Shown here: piece by piece, positions 42,171 to 52,447 of the stretch
How positions within the stretch are numbered: the first letter of the stretch is position 1
How the letters are laid out: the number at the start of each line of letters is the position of its first letter
Source of the DNA: an uncultured delta proteobacterium
GTDB taxonomy: Bacteria > Myxococcota_A > Polyangia > Polyangiales > Polyangiaceae
Assembly (NCBI GenBank): GCA_963841435.1
Contig: CAWJCS010000003.1
Coordinates: 96,001-160,000 of the forward strand
Direction: 5' to 3'
Length of the DNA stretch: 64,000 bases
Program-made: the position numbers and the translations under genes
The notes under the pieces: model-generated
Told to the model about the DNA's origin: nothing
What the model saw: the letters and a program-made list of their open reading frames with translations, nothing else
Databases searched by the model: none

Positions 42171-42637
42171 CCACCGAGCGTTCGATTCCGAAGCAAGCCG
42201 CCGAGAACATTCGGACCGGAACCGTGGCCGCGGTGCTCACGGTCGCCTTCGTCGTGGCTGCATTCTCCGTTTTCGTAGCGGGGCTCTTGCTGCACGGCTT
42301 CCGGGGCGCTCTCGGCGACGCTCACGCCAAAGCGCCGGGCGAGACCGTGGGCACCATCGAGCAGGGCCTCGTGCGAGGCCCGTCACGCGCGGAGCAGAAG
42401 GCACGAGCCGCTCACGACGAGCTCGAACGCTACGGCTTCGCGGATCGTGACGCCGGCTTCGCTACGATTCCGATCGAGCGCGCGTTCGACTGGATGCTCG
42501 CGGCGCAATCAGCTTCGCCGCCGGTCCCGCAGGCCACCTGCCCCCCCGCGGTCGATGACGCGAGCGGAGTGGACGCCGGCGCCGTCGAGCACGCCGGTGC
42601 GCCGACCCAGGCGGCCGAGCCCGCGGAGGCGCCATGA
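42167..42637 (+). CDS. actG: ActG-like single-TM subunit
   Basis: One TM helix; LERYGFADRDAGFATIPIERA motif; position after actF. Confidence 0.7.
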   Translation: MTTERSIPKQAAENIRTGTVAAVLTVAFVVAAFSVFVAGLLLHGFRGALGDAHAKAPGETVGTIEQGLVRGPSRAEQKARAAHDELERYGFADRDAGFATIPIERAFDWMLAAQSASPPVPQATCPPAVDDASGVDAGAVEHAGAPTQAAEPAEAP

Positions 42638-43746
42638 GCGAGCCGCTCTACGACCTCTTCCGCCGGCTGCTCTTCTTGCCCCCGGCTGGCACCGAGGTCG
42701 CTCGCGAGAATCGACCATCTGCACTTCTTCGTCATCAGCGTGACGATGCTCGGTGCGCTCTCCGTGTTCCTCGTCGCGCTCTGGTTCGTCGTTCGCTACC
42801 GAAAGCGGCCCGGTGAGAGCAGCACCCCGCACATCGTCGCGCGCCCCGGCGTCGAAGTCGCGACGGGGGCTCTCTTGCTCACCCTCTTCATCGTGTGGTG
42901 GGTCATCGGATTCCGACAGTACGTCACCCTGGCGACCCCTCCGGAAAAGGGGATCGAGACCTACGTCACGGCCAAGCAATGGATGTGGAAGTTCGCGCAC
43001 GCGAACGGCAGAAGCAGCGTGGGCATTCTGGTCGCCCCGCGGGGCAAGACCGTGCGCCTGCTCATCACGTCGCGCGACGTGATCCACAGCTTCTACGTGC
43101 CCGCTTTTCGGCTCAAACAGGACGCGGTGCCGGGTCGCTACACCTCGACGTGGTTCCGGGCGACGCGCACCGGCAGCTTCCCGATTTACTGCGCGGAATA
43201 TTGCGGCGTCGGGCATTCTCGCATGTGGGCGCGCGTCGTCGTCGTCGAGCCCGAGGACTACGAGCGCTGGCTGGACGGCGAGGTGCCGAAGGCCGTGGCG
43301 GAAGCAAGCGCCGAGGTCAGCTACGCCGTGAGCGTCACCGGGGGAGAAGGCGAGAGTCTCGCAGCCCGCGGACGCGAGGCGGCTGCCAAGCACGGCTGCT
43401 TCGCGTGCCACACGATCGACGGGCAGCGCCACGTCGGCCCGAGCTTCGTCGCGCTCTTCGGCAGCAGCGTCACGCTCGAAAGCGGTGAGCGCGTGATCGC
43501 GGACGAGAGCTACCTCACCGAGAGCATGATGGACCCCGCGAGCAAGGTAGTGCGCGGCTTCGCGCCCGTCATGCCGACGTTTCGCGGCCGCCTCTCGCAA
43601 CCGGACGCCGCGGGCATCGTCGAGTTCATCAAGTCGTTGAAAAACGAGCGCCCGCAGCCCGCGGTACCGCTACCGCGCGTCGAAGCCACCCCCGACACCA
43701 AGACTCCGACCGCGCCTGCCGCGGCGACGGCAGAGAGAGGGGCGCC

Positions 43747-43750
<4 letters not shown>
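42634..43750 (+). CDS. ctaC: Cytochrome c oxidase subunit II with fused cytochrome c (caa3 type); +1 indel at about 42709
   Basis: KQWMW, DVIHSF, CuA motif CAEYCGVGHSRM, CFACH. N-terminus is in ORF 42634..42816. Confidence 0.9.
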
Positions 43751-45370
<1,620 letters not shown>

Positions 45371-45378
<8 letters not shown>

Positions 45379-46000
45379 AGGCGGCCTCGAACGCGAAGAG
45401 CACTTCGAGTCGATCGAGCGCCAGGCGGGCGCCGCTCGGCTCGGTATGTGGGTGTTTCTCTCCAGCGAGATTTTGCTGTTTGGCGGGCTCATTACCACGT
45501 ACGTCGGGTACCGGACGCGCTGGCACGACGCCTTCGTGGCCGGCGTCCGCGACAACACGACCTACCTCGGCTCGCTGAACACCGTCGTGCTCATCACGAG
45601 CAGCTTCCTCGTCGCGCTCGCGGTCGAGCGGCTCGAGCGCGGTCGCAACCGCGGGAGCGTGCGCCTGCTCTTGGCGACCGTCGGTCTCGGGCTATTGTTT
45701 CTCGGCATCAAGGCGGTCGAATACGGCATTCATTTCGCCGACGGCATCTTTCCCGGTGGGCGCGGCGCGCACTTTCAGAGCGCGCCCATGGGACAACAGG
45801 CGTTTTACACGCTCTACTTCGCCAGCACGGGGCTTCACGCCGTCCACGTCGCGATTGGTGTCTGTGTGCTCGGGTGGTGTGCCCAGCGCATTCACCGGCG
45901 CCGGCTGGCGCCGCACGCGCTCGAGGTCTCGGCCTTGTATTGGCATCTCGTCGACATCGTGTGGATCTTTCTCTGGCCCCTCTACTACCTGATGCGCTGA
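45371..46000 (+). CDS. ctaE: Cytochrome c oxidase subunit III
   Basis: GMWVFLSSE, TGLHAVHV, YWHLVDIVWIFLWP. Confidence 0.92.
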
Positions 46001-46006
46001 CTCCCC

Positions 46007-46309
46007 ATGACGACCAAAGACACTTCACAGCGCGGCTACGGCACTCGCGGTCTCGTCTGGGCCTTCTTGGGACTGCTCGTCCTCACCGCGTCAACGTTCG
46101 GGCTGTCGTTTCTCTCGCTCGGCGCGTTCGAGGTGCCTGTCGCGGTCGGCATCGCCGTCATCAAAAGTCTCGTCGTCGCGTTCGTCTTCATGCGTCTGCT
46201 CGATGAGCCCGCGAGCCATCGGATCGCAGGCGCGACGGCCGTGATCTTCGTCTGCATTCTGGCCGCACTCGTGAGCAGCGACATCTTGACGCGCGGCGGC
46301 GCACCGTGA
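46007..46309 (+). CDS. ctaF: Cytochrome c oxidase subunit IV
   Basis: LLVLT, IAVIKSLVVAFVFM; three TM helices; operon position. Confidence 0.8.
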   Translation: MTTKDTSQRGYGTRGLVWAFLGLLVLTASTFGLSFLSLGAFEVPVAVGIAVIKSLVVAFVFMRLLDEPASHRIAGATAVIFVCILAALVSSDILTRGGAP

Positions 46310-46361
46310 GGCGAATTGCCTCGAGAAATGCCCGTTTCGCACGTCTTGAGAGCTCGCTCTC

Positions 46362-46377
46362 CGGTACGGAAATTGCT
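46362..46377 (+). promoter_or_regulatory. sigma54-type promoter
   Basis: CGGTACG-GAAA-TTGCT, 11 nt before ATG 46389. Confidence 0.7.
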
Positions 46378-46388
46378 GCATCCTCGGC

Positions 46389-46607
46389 ATGAGACGTCAC
46401 GCGAAAGGGCTCGCCATTTATCTGGTCGCGAGTTTGTTGCTCGTCGTGGTGGCCATTTACCTAAAGGTATTGTGGCTCGCCGTCGCGGTCCTGCTGTCCG
46501 CACCCGTCATGGGCGCGATCCTCGCCACCGCGTTCATGCGCGCCCGCGGGCACTCGCCCGAGCATCATCCGCCGATTGACCGCCACCTTCACGACACGCG
46601 GCCCTGA
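46389..46607 (+). CDS. Small two-TM membrane protein with His-rich tail
   Basis: 72 aa, hydrophobic, directly behind a sigma54 motif. Confidence 0.6.
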   Translation: MRRHAKGLAIYLVASLLLVVVAIYLKVLWLAVAVLLSAPVMGAILATAFMRARGHSPEHHPPIDRHLHDTRP

Positions 46608-46626
46608 GGGGCCAAGGAGGCAAGCC

Positions 46627-47817
46627 ATGCTGGAGAGTTTTTTCGGGGCGCCCCCGACCGACATCGAAGTGCTCGTCGTGGGGGCCGGCCCCGTGGGTCT
46701 GTCGGCTGCTCTGTTGTTTTCGCTCGCGGGAGTGGATACGCGCGTGGTGGAAGAGCGCTTTGCGCTCCAGGCTCAGGGTGAGGAGCTCTTGCTCGAACCA
46801 GCCGCGCTCGCCGTGCTCGAGGAGGTCGGTGTGTTGCCGGAGCTGCTTTCCGCGGGAGAGCCCCTCGACGGAGTGGTCGTCTACGATCGGGGAAGTCCGA
46901 GCAAGCGCACGCCATTTGCGAAGGGTGAGCAGGGGCCGGCCGCCGCCCTCGTCGTCGCGCGCGAGCGGCTCAAACAGCTGCTCCTCGACGAGCTCGTGGC
47001 GCGCGACGTACCGATCCACTTCGCCCATCGCTTGCACACGCTGGACGCGGGCGAGGACGGCTGCCGGGTCGGTATCGACCAGCTCGATCACGTGGGGGCG
47101 GGCATCTCCCTGGAGGCGGCGGAAGCAGTGGTCGTCAAGAGCCACGACATCCGAGCCGGACTCGTGATCGGCGCCGACGGCCCGGCGTCCACCGTGCGGC
47201 GGGCGCTCGGCATCGCGTTCGCCCCCATCGGCAACGTCCGGTGCGAGCTCGTCACCGAGCTCGAAGGCCCCGCCGAGTTCGAACCGCAGGTGCGCGTCAA
47301 CGTCACGGAAACTGGAGCCGATGTGCTGTGGCCGCTCGGCGGCCGGCGCTATCGGCTGGTCCGACGCCTCGATCTGGCGGAGGCGACCCGTAAGCTTCGC
47401 ATCGAACCCCACGAGCGAGACGAGTTCGCGCGCCTCCCCGTTCCGGAGGCCTACCTCCGCACGTTGCTCGACCGCGCGCCGGCCCGCATCGACCTCGACT
47501 TGCAGCGGCCCATCGGTGCGCACGCGCTCGTCTACCAGCCGCGTTGCGCCGTGCGCGTGGCGGGCCAATCGGTCGTGCTCGCGGGCGCGGCCGCCCACCT
47601 TTTGCATCCCTCGCTGGGCACGGGCGATAACCTCGGCATTTTGGAAGTGCGCGAGCTCGTGCGCCATGCGCTCGCAGTCACGAACGATCAAGACGGCACG
47701 CACGTCCGGCCGCACGGGGCAGCGTATACCCGCGCGTGCGGGATACTGCTCGACCGCGCGGCGAGCGGCGTCTCGCCCCTCCCGTCACCCATCGCGTCGA
47801 GCGGCTCCGTCGCATGA
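46627..47817 (+). CDS. FAD-dependent monooxygenase-like protein (FAD_binding_3), degenerate
   Basis: VGAGPVGL, IGADG..STVR, LAGAAAH (GD motif altered); RBS aaggagg. Confidence 0.75.
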   Translation: MLESFFGAPPTDIEVLVVGAGPVGLSAALLFSLAGVDTRVVEERFALQAQGEELLLEPAALAVLEEVGVLPELLSAGEPLDGVVVYDRGSPSKRTPFAKGEQGPAAALVVARERLKQLLLDELVARDVPIHFAHRLHTLDAGEDGCRVGIDQLDHVGAGISLEAAEAVVVKSHDIRAGLVIGADGPASTVRRALGIAFAPIGNVRCELVTELEGPAEFEPQVRVNVTETGADVLWPLGGRRYRLVRRLDLAEATRKLRIEPHERDEFARLPVPEAYLRTLLDRAPARIDLDLQRPIGAHALVYQPRCAVRVAGQSVVLAGAAAHLLHPSLGTGDNLGILEVRELVRHALAVTNDQDGTHVRPHGAAYTRACGILLDRAASGVSPLPSPIASSGSVA

Positions 47818-48518
47818 TGCCCGCTTGGCTCCAGAGCGTGGCAGCGGTGTCACTCGCCGCTGGCGTCGGATCGGCACTCTTCATCGCGGTCGATATCGCG
47901 CGCGGGCGACGCCAGAAAATGGCGATCATGAACGTCGTTTGGCCGATCACCGGGCTCTGGGCGGGCGCGCTCGGTCTCGCGGGATATCTCCGCTACGGTC
48001 GCGCCCCCCGCGCGGGCGAACAAGCCACGAAACCGACGCGCGCCGGGCACGGCACGCACGGCGGCGATCCGCCGGTCCCCGTCGCAGCCGCTCGGGGAAC
48101 CACGCACTGCGGGGCGGGCTGCACACTGGGTGACGTCGCGGCGGAGCTTTGGGTACTCGCTTTCCCCCTCGCGCTGTTCGGACATCGACTGTTCGGAACC
48201 TGGGCCTACGACTACGTGTTCGCACTCACCTTCGGCATCGCCTTTCAGTACCTCGCCATTCGGCCGATGAACCACGACCTATCGGTCGGAAGCACGCTGA
48301 AGCGAGCCATAGCGGCCGATTTTCTTTCGCTCACCGCCTGGCAAGTCGGCATGTACGCCTGGATGGCCTTGGCAACCTTCGGCATTTTCGGCCACGAGCT
48401 TTCCAAGGGCGGCCCGACGTTCTGGTTCATGATGCAGATTGCCATGCTGCTGGGCTTCTTCACGAGCTACCCGGTCAACGTGTGGCTCGTCCGGCGCGGC
48501 ATCAAAGAGGCGATGTGA
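47814..48518 (+). CDS. DUF4396-type membrane protein
   Basis: MNVVWPITGLW, HCGAGCTLGD, WQVGMY, FWFMMQIAM, YPVNVWL..GIKEAM. Confidence 0.85.
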   Translation: MMPAWLQSVAAVSLAAGVGSALFIAVDIARGRRQKMAIMNVVWPITGLWAGALGLAGYLRYGRAPRAGEQATKPTRAGHGTHGGDPPVPVAAARGTTHCGAGCTLGDVAAELWVLAFPLALFGHRLFGTWAYDYVFALTFGIAFQYLAIRPMNHDLSVGSTLKRAIAADFLSLTAWQVGMYAWMALATFGIFGHELSKGGPTFWFMMQIAMLLGFFTSYPVNVWLVRRGIKEAM

Positions 48519-48539
48519 GGCGTGACGGGCAGCACCGCT

Positions 48540-50135
48540 CTAGTCGTGCTTTGCGACCGCCAGACGGTTGTCAACGGTGAGCGCCCCGGCATCGAAGGCG
48601 CTGTCCGCAGCCGCGGTACGCTCCGCATAGCTGTCCACGACCCCCGTCAGAATCGCGGCGCCGGCGACGACGGCGACGTTCACGTCACCGCGATCGACGA
48701 GCGGATTCCAGGAGAGCTCCTGCCGGATCTCGCTCTCGAGCGCCTCGTCCGAACGCAACGTCGTGCTCGGCGTGTAGCGCCAGTGATCGACGTACGGCTC
48801 GTACGGGTCCAGGTACCAGTTGTACACGTACGGGACCTCGGGCTCCCTCACCTTGAGCTCGTTGTCAACGCGGCGAACGCCGTTCACGCCGGCCGCAACG
48901 TCGGTCGCCGCTGCGCGCTCGTAGCTCGTGTCCACGGTCCCATCGAGCGTCACCACGCCGCCGTGCGCCTTCACGACCGTTCCGAACGCTTCGGTCACGG
49001 GGTTGTAGATCAGTCCGAGCCGCACGTTCTTCGCGATTTCGGAGTCGCTCACCGCTTTGCCGGGTTCGACGACGATCCTATTTCGCACGGCGACCACGCC
49101 GAGCGTATTTCTGGCCAGCGCCTCCGCCGCGAGCTTGGCTTGCGTCGTTTCCTGCGGACCGCTGATCGTAGCGATGCCTCCGGAAACGCTCACGACGAGC
49201 TTGCCGGACTCGACACGCGGATCGAAAGCGGCCGCGTCGCGAATGGCGCTCGCGATCTGGGTATCGGGCTTGTCAACGAACTCGCTCTTCCTGAGCTCGT
49301 CGTTCTCAGCCCACCACTCGACGGCGAGACCGTCGTCGTTCACGCTCTTCACGCCCGCTACCCAGGCGTCCGATTCCGCGCGCCGCTTCTCCGCCGCGCT
49401 GCCGACGACGCCGTTCAAGCTGACCTCGCCGCTTTTGACGTTCGCTTGCATGAGCCCGTCCTGCACGAGCGCGTCCCAGCGGAGGCGACTCTGGACGTCG
49501 GCGAGGATCTGCGCGTCCCTTCGCTCTTCCGCGTACGCGATGGCAAGCTCGTTGTGGACGCCGCGAACGCCCCGCACGCCTTCGGCGACGCGCGCGGCGA
49601 GCTCCCGCTCCGGTGCGGACTGCACCGTGCCGTTCAGCGACACGATGCCGTCCGAGACCGTGACCGCGACTTCGTACGAATCCGTGGCGGCGTTCGAAAG
49701 GAGCGCCGTCTCCACTTCGCGCTGAATGGCGGCGTCGGGGCGTGTCGCCACGATGAGCTGCGTGCGATCGCTAACCGCGCGGACGCCGCGCACCGTCTCC
49801 GCGATGCGCGTCGCCCGGCGCTTGGACAACAGGTCGCGCACCGTGCCGGTGAGCTCCACGATTCCTTCCTCGGTCTTGACGCGGATCTCCTTGGGGTCGA
49901 GACCCGGATCACGCGCAAAAGCCTCACGCACCGCGCGGCTGATGTCGGCGTCGTCGAGGTCTTCGTGCTCGCTCTTCTTGGCGGCGACCGGGTCGGGCCG
50001 CTGAGCCTGAGCCGTGGTCGGAGCGGCCGGCGGGGCGATGCTCTTTTGCTCAGCGTCGTTCCGACGACAGCCGGCGGCGAACGCGAGGCAAGCGAGGGCA
50101 ACGAGCGGTCTGTGATTGATCGGTGAAATTCGCAT
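48540..50135 (-). CDS. Lipoprotein with six BON domains
   Basis: Lipobox AAGC; six D..I...V...L...G.V.L.G.V......A...A...GV..V.N.L units. Confidence 0.9.
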   Translation of the reverse strand: MRISPINHRPLVALACLAFAAGCRRNDAEQKSIAPPAAPTTAQAQRPDPVAAKKSEHEDLDDADISRAVREAFARDPGLDPKEIRVKTEEGIVELTGTVRDLLSKRRATRIAETVRGVRAVSDRTQLIVATRPDAAIQREVETALLSNAATDSYEVAVTVSDGIVSLNGTVQSAPERELAARVAEGVRGVRGVHNELAIAYAEERRDAQILADVQSRLRWDALVQDGLMQANVKSGEVSLNGVVGSAAEKRRAESDAWVAGVKSVNDDGLAVEWWAENDELRKSEFVDKPDTQIASAIRDAAAFDPRVESGKLVVSVSGGIATISGPQETTQAKLAAEALARNTLGVVAVRNRIVVEPGKAVSDSEIAKNVRLGLIYNPVTEAFGTVVKAHGGVVTLDGTVDTSYERAAATDVAAGVNGVRRVDNELKVREPEVPYVYNWYLDPYEPYVDHWRYTPSTTLRSDEALESEIRQELSWNPLVDRGDVNVAVVAGAAILTGVVDSYAERTAAADSAFDAGALTVDNRLAVAKHD

Positions 50136-50160
50136 CGGACCTCCTTGTCGGAGGGGTCCG

Positions 50161-50176
50161 TGCAACCCGTGTACCT
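50161..50176 (-). promoter_or_regulatory. sigma54-type promoter
   Basis: Minus strand AGGTACA-CGGG-TTGCA. Confidence 0.6.
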
Positions 50177-50253
50177 GCCGGTCGCGCGCCAGAGCGCCCA
50201 ATTGGCGCGCCAATCTGCCCCGGTCGGACCATCTCGCCACCACACGCGCTCGC

Positions 50254-51261
50254 TCACGCCGCTCGGCGCACCCACGCCGCTGCGGCGGCGGCACCCAGCG
50301 CCACCGCGCCCAGCACCCAGGCACCGCGATGAACCGCGAACCACGCTTCGATGCTGTACTCGCGAGCCCGATCGTCGAAGCGGCCGTGTGCGCCGTGATC
50401 CCCGGGGAGTGGGTGGAACAGATTGTCGGCGCGGGGAGGCTCGGGCTCTCCGTCCACCTGCTGCCCCTCGTAGCCTTTTTCACCGAGGTAGTGATCGAGC
50501 ATCCCGGATGCGAGCCGAGAGCCCCAGATGCCCTTGACGGCCGACCCACCAATCCACACCTCGCGCCTGTCTTTGCCGATGATTCCCGCCACCGCCCGAG
50601 CGATGACCTCCGGCTGGTAGATCGGCGGCACCGGCTGAGGTCGCTCGGGAAGGCGCGTGCGACACCAATCGAACTGAGGCGTGTTGACGGCCGGCAGCTG
50701 CACCATCGTGAGCAAGATGCTGCTCCGGTCGTGATAGAGTTCGCTGCGCAGTGAGTCGGTGAAGCCGCGAATCGCGTACTTCGACGCGCAATAGGCCGAT
50801 TGCAGGGGAATGGCCCGGTACGAGAGCGCCGAGCCGATCTGAATGACGTGGCCCTGGTCCCGCGGGCGCATGCGCCGGAGCGCCGCCAGCGTGCCGTAGA
50901 CCGTGCCGAGGTAGTTCACGCGCGTGACGCGGTCGTATTCGTCGGCGGACATCGCGGTGGCGGGGCTCAGCACGGTGACCATGGCGTTGTTGATCCACAC
51001 GTCGATGGGGCCGAGCTCCGCTTCGACGCGATCGGCGGCGCTTTCGACCTGCTCCGACTCGGAAACGTCCGTAACGATGGGCAGCGCCGTGGAGCCGAGC
51101 GCCACGATTTCTTCGCGCGCCGCCAAGAGCCCCGCGTTTCCCCGCGCAAGGAGCGCCACCTTCGCGCCCTGGCGACCGAGCTCCGTGGCGATGGCTCTCC
51201 CGACCCCGGCGCTCGCTCCCGTTATGACGACGACTCGACCTTCGAGCGTTGATTGCATCAT
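50254..51261 (-). CDS. Short-chain dehydrogenase/reductase with C-terminal membrane anchor
   Basis: TGASAGVG, NNA, YCASK. Confidence 0.92.
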   Translation of the reverse strand: MMQSTLEGRVVVITGASAGVGRAIATELGRQGAKVALLARGNAGLLAAREEIVALGSTALPIVTDVSESEQVESAADRVEAELGPIDVWINNAMVTVLSPATAMSADEYDRVTRVNYLGTVYGTLAALRRMRPRDQGHVIQIGSALSYRAIPLQSAYCASKYAIRGFTDSLRSELYHDRSSILLTMVQLPAVNTPQFDWCRTRLPERPQPVPPIYQPEVIARAVAGIIGKDRREVWIGGSAVKGIWGSRLASGMLDHYLGEKGYEGQQVDGEPEPPRADNLFHPLPGDHGAHGRFDDRAREYSIEAWFAVHRGAWVLGAVALGAAAAAAWVRRAA

Positions 51262-51284
51262 TCGTCTCCTTCGTCCGCCTGCGT

Positions 51285-51300
51285 TGCATCACGCGTGCCG
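51285..51300 (-). promoter_or_regulatory. sigma54-type promoter
   Basis: Minus strand CGGCACG-CGTG-ATGCA. Confidence 0.7.
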
Positions 51301-51383
51301 CGCACCGGGGTCGCGCACGTCACGGCATCGCCCCACTCGCATTCGCCACAGCGGGGCATGCTGCGACCCTGACGCCCGCCCAC

Positions 51384-51878
51384 TCAACGACCGCGCGAGG
51401 ACCTGCTGTCGAGCACGATGACCTCGTCGCGTACCTGGATCGCGCCCGCGGCGTTGCGACAGAGGCGGAGCGCGAAATCCTTCGCCCGTGCGCTGGGGCT
51501 CTCGCCGCGCAGGATCAGCCCTTTCGGCGCGGCGACGACCTCGAGCCGAGCAGCCGCGAGCACCATCGCCTCGGCGAGCGCGCCGCACGCGTCCTGCTGT
51601 GCACGCTCGAGCATACCGGCGAAGCCCGGCGCGCGACCTGCGGCGCCTTCGGGGGCGTCCTCCACCGCGACGGCACCCCGGGTCGTCTTCCTGAGCGGCT
51701 GCTCGACGACCTTTTCTCGCTCGTCACGGGCGCGCGCGGTCCGTTCGCGCGCCCCCTCCGAGCGCGCGTGCTCGGCGTTCCCGTCGGGATCCGCGGGGCG
51801 CCGCCCGTCGAGCTCGTAGGCGCCCTGCCGATCGAGGCGTTGCGGGTCGGAAGGTGCTCCCTGCCGCGCGTGCGTCAT
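51384..51878 (-). CDS. Hypothetical protein with divergent C-terminal BON-like domain
   Basis: Charged N-terminus; LEVVAAPKGLILRGES...AGAIQVRDEVIV. Confidence 0.55.
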   Translation of the reverse strand: MTHARQGAPSDPQRLDRQGAYELDGRRPADPDGNAEHARSEGARERTARARDEREKVVEQPLRKTTRGAVAVEDAPEGAAGRAPGFAGMLERAQQDACGALAEAMVLAAARLEVVAAPKGLILRGESPSARAKDFALRLCRNAAGAIQVRDEVIVLDSRSSRGR

Positions 51879-51926
51879 TCCTACATCATCCGATTTCGGC
51901 GTCAACATTGGCGTCTTGCAATCCGC

Positions 51927-51942
51927 AGCAAACGCCATGCCG
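51927..51942 (-). promoter_or_regulatory. sigma54-type promoter
   Basis: Minus strand CGGCATG-GCGT-TTGCT. Confidence 0.7.
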
Positions 51943-51958
51943 AGCCGAACGGCCACGC

Positions 51959-51974
51959 TGGCACGCGTGATGCT
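51959..51974 (+). promoter_or_regulatory. sigma54-type promoter
   Basis: TGGCACG-CGTG-ATGCT, 13 nt before ATG 51988. Confidence 0.75.
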
Positions 51975-51987
51975 TCGCGTTCGGCCC

Positions 51988-52362
51988 ATGACCCCGGCTC
52001 TCGGAAAGAAGCGCTGGGCGATCGCCGAGGGCTACATCCCGACCTGGAGCCACGGCTCCGGCCGCGAGCTCGAGAGCCACGAGACCGCCTGCATTTTGAA
52101 CACCAACGACGAGGACGCCCTTCTGCGCATCACGGCGTACTTCGCCGACCGGGAGCCGCTCGGCCCCTTCGAATTGCGCGTGGGCGCGCGCCGCACGCTG
52201 CACCTACGTTTCAACGAGCTCGGCTCGGGCGCGATTCCCCGCGGGGTCGACTACTCGAGCGTCATCGAGTCGAACGTGCCCGTGGTGGTCCAACACACCC
52301 GACTCGATACGCGACAGGCGGAGAACGCGCTCCTCAGCACGATGGCATTCGGCGCGGACTGA
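51988..52362 (+). CDS. Anabaena sensory rhodopsin transducer (ASRT)-family protein
   Basis: GKKRWAIAEGYIP, SHETACILN, ARRTLHLRFN, VPVVVQHTRLD. Confidence 0.9.
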   Translation: MTPALGKKRWAIAEGYIPTWSHGSGRELESHETACILNTNDEDALLRITAYFADREPLGPFELRVGARRTLHLRFNELGSGAIPRGVDYSSVIESNVPVVVQHTRLDTRQAENALLSTMAFGAD

Positions 52363-52447
52363 AGCGGCGTCCTTCGCTGGCGACGCAAGGGCGGCGAGCA
52401 CGCACGTGGGCACGACGACGCGCATCCACAGACAGGAGAAATCGACG

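Noticed and set aside
51988-52362. Light-sensing rhodopsin system
   Set aside because: No 7-TM opsin gene nearby; ASRT homologues often occur without one.
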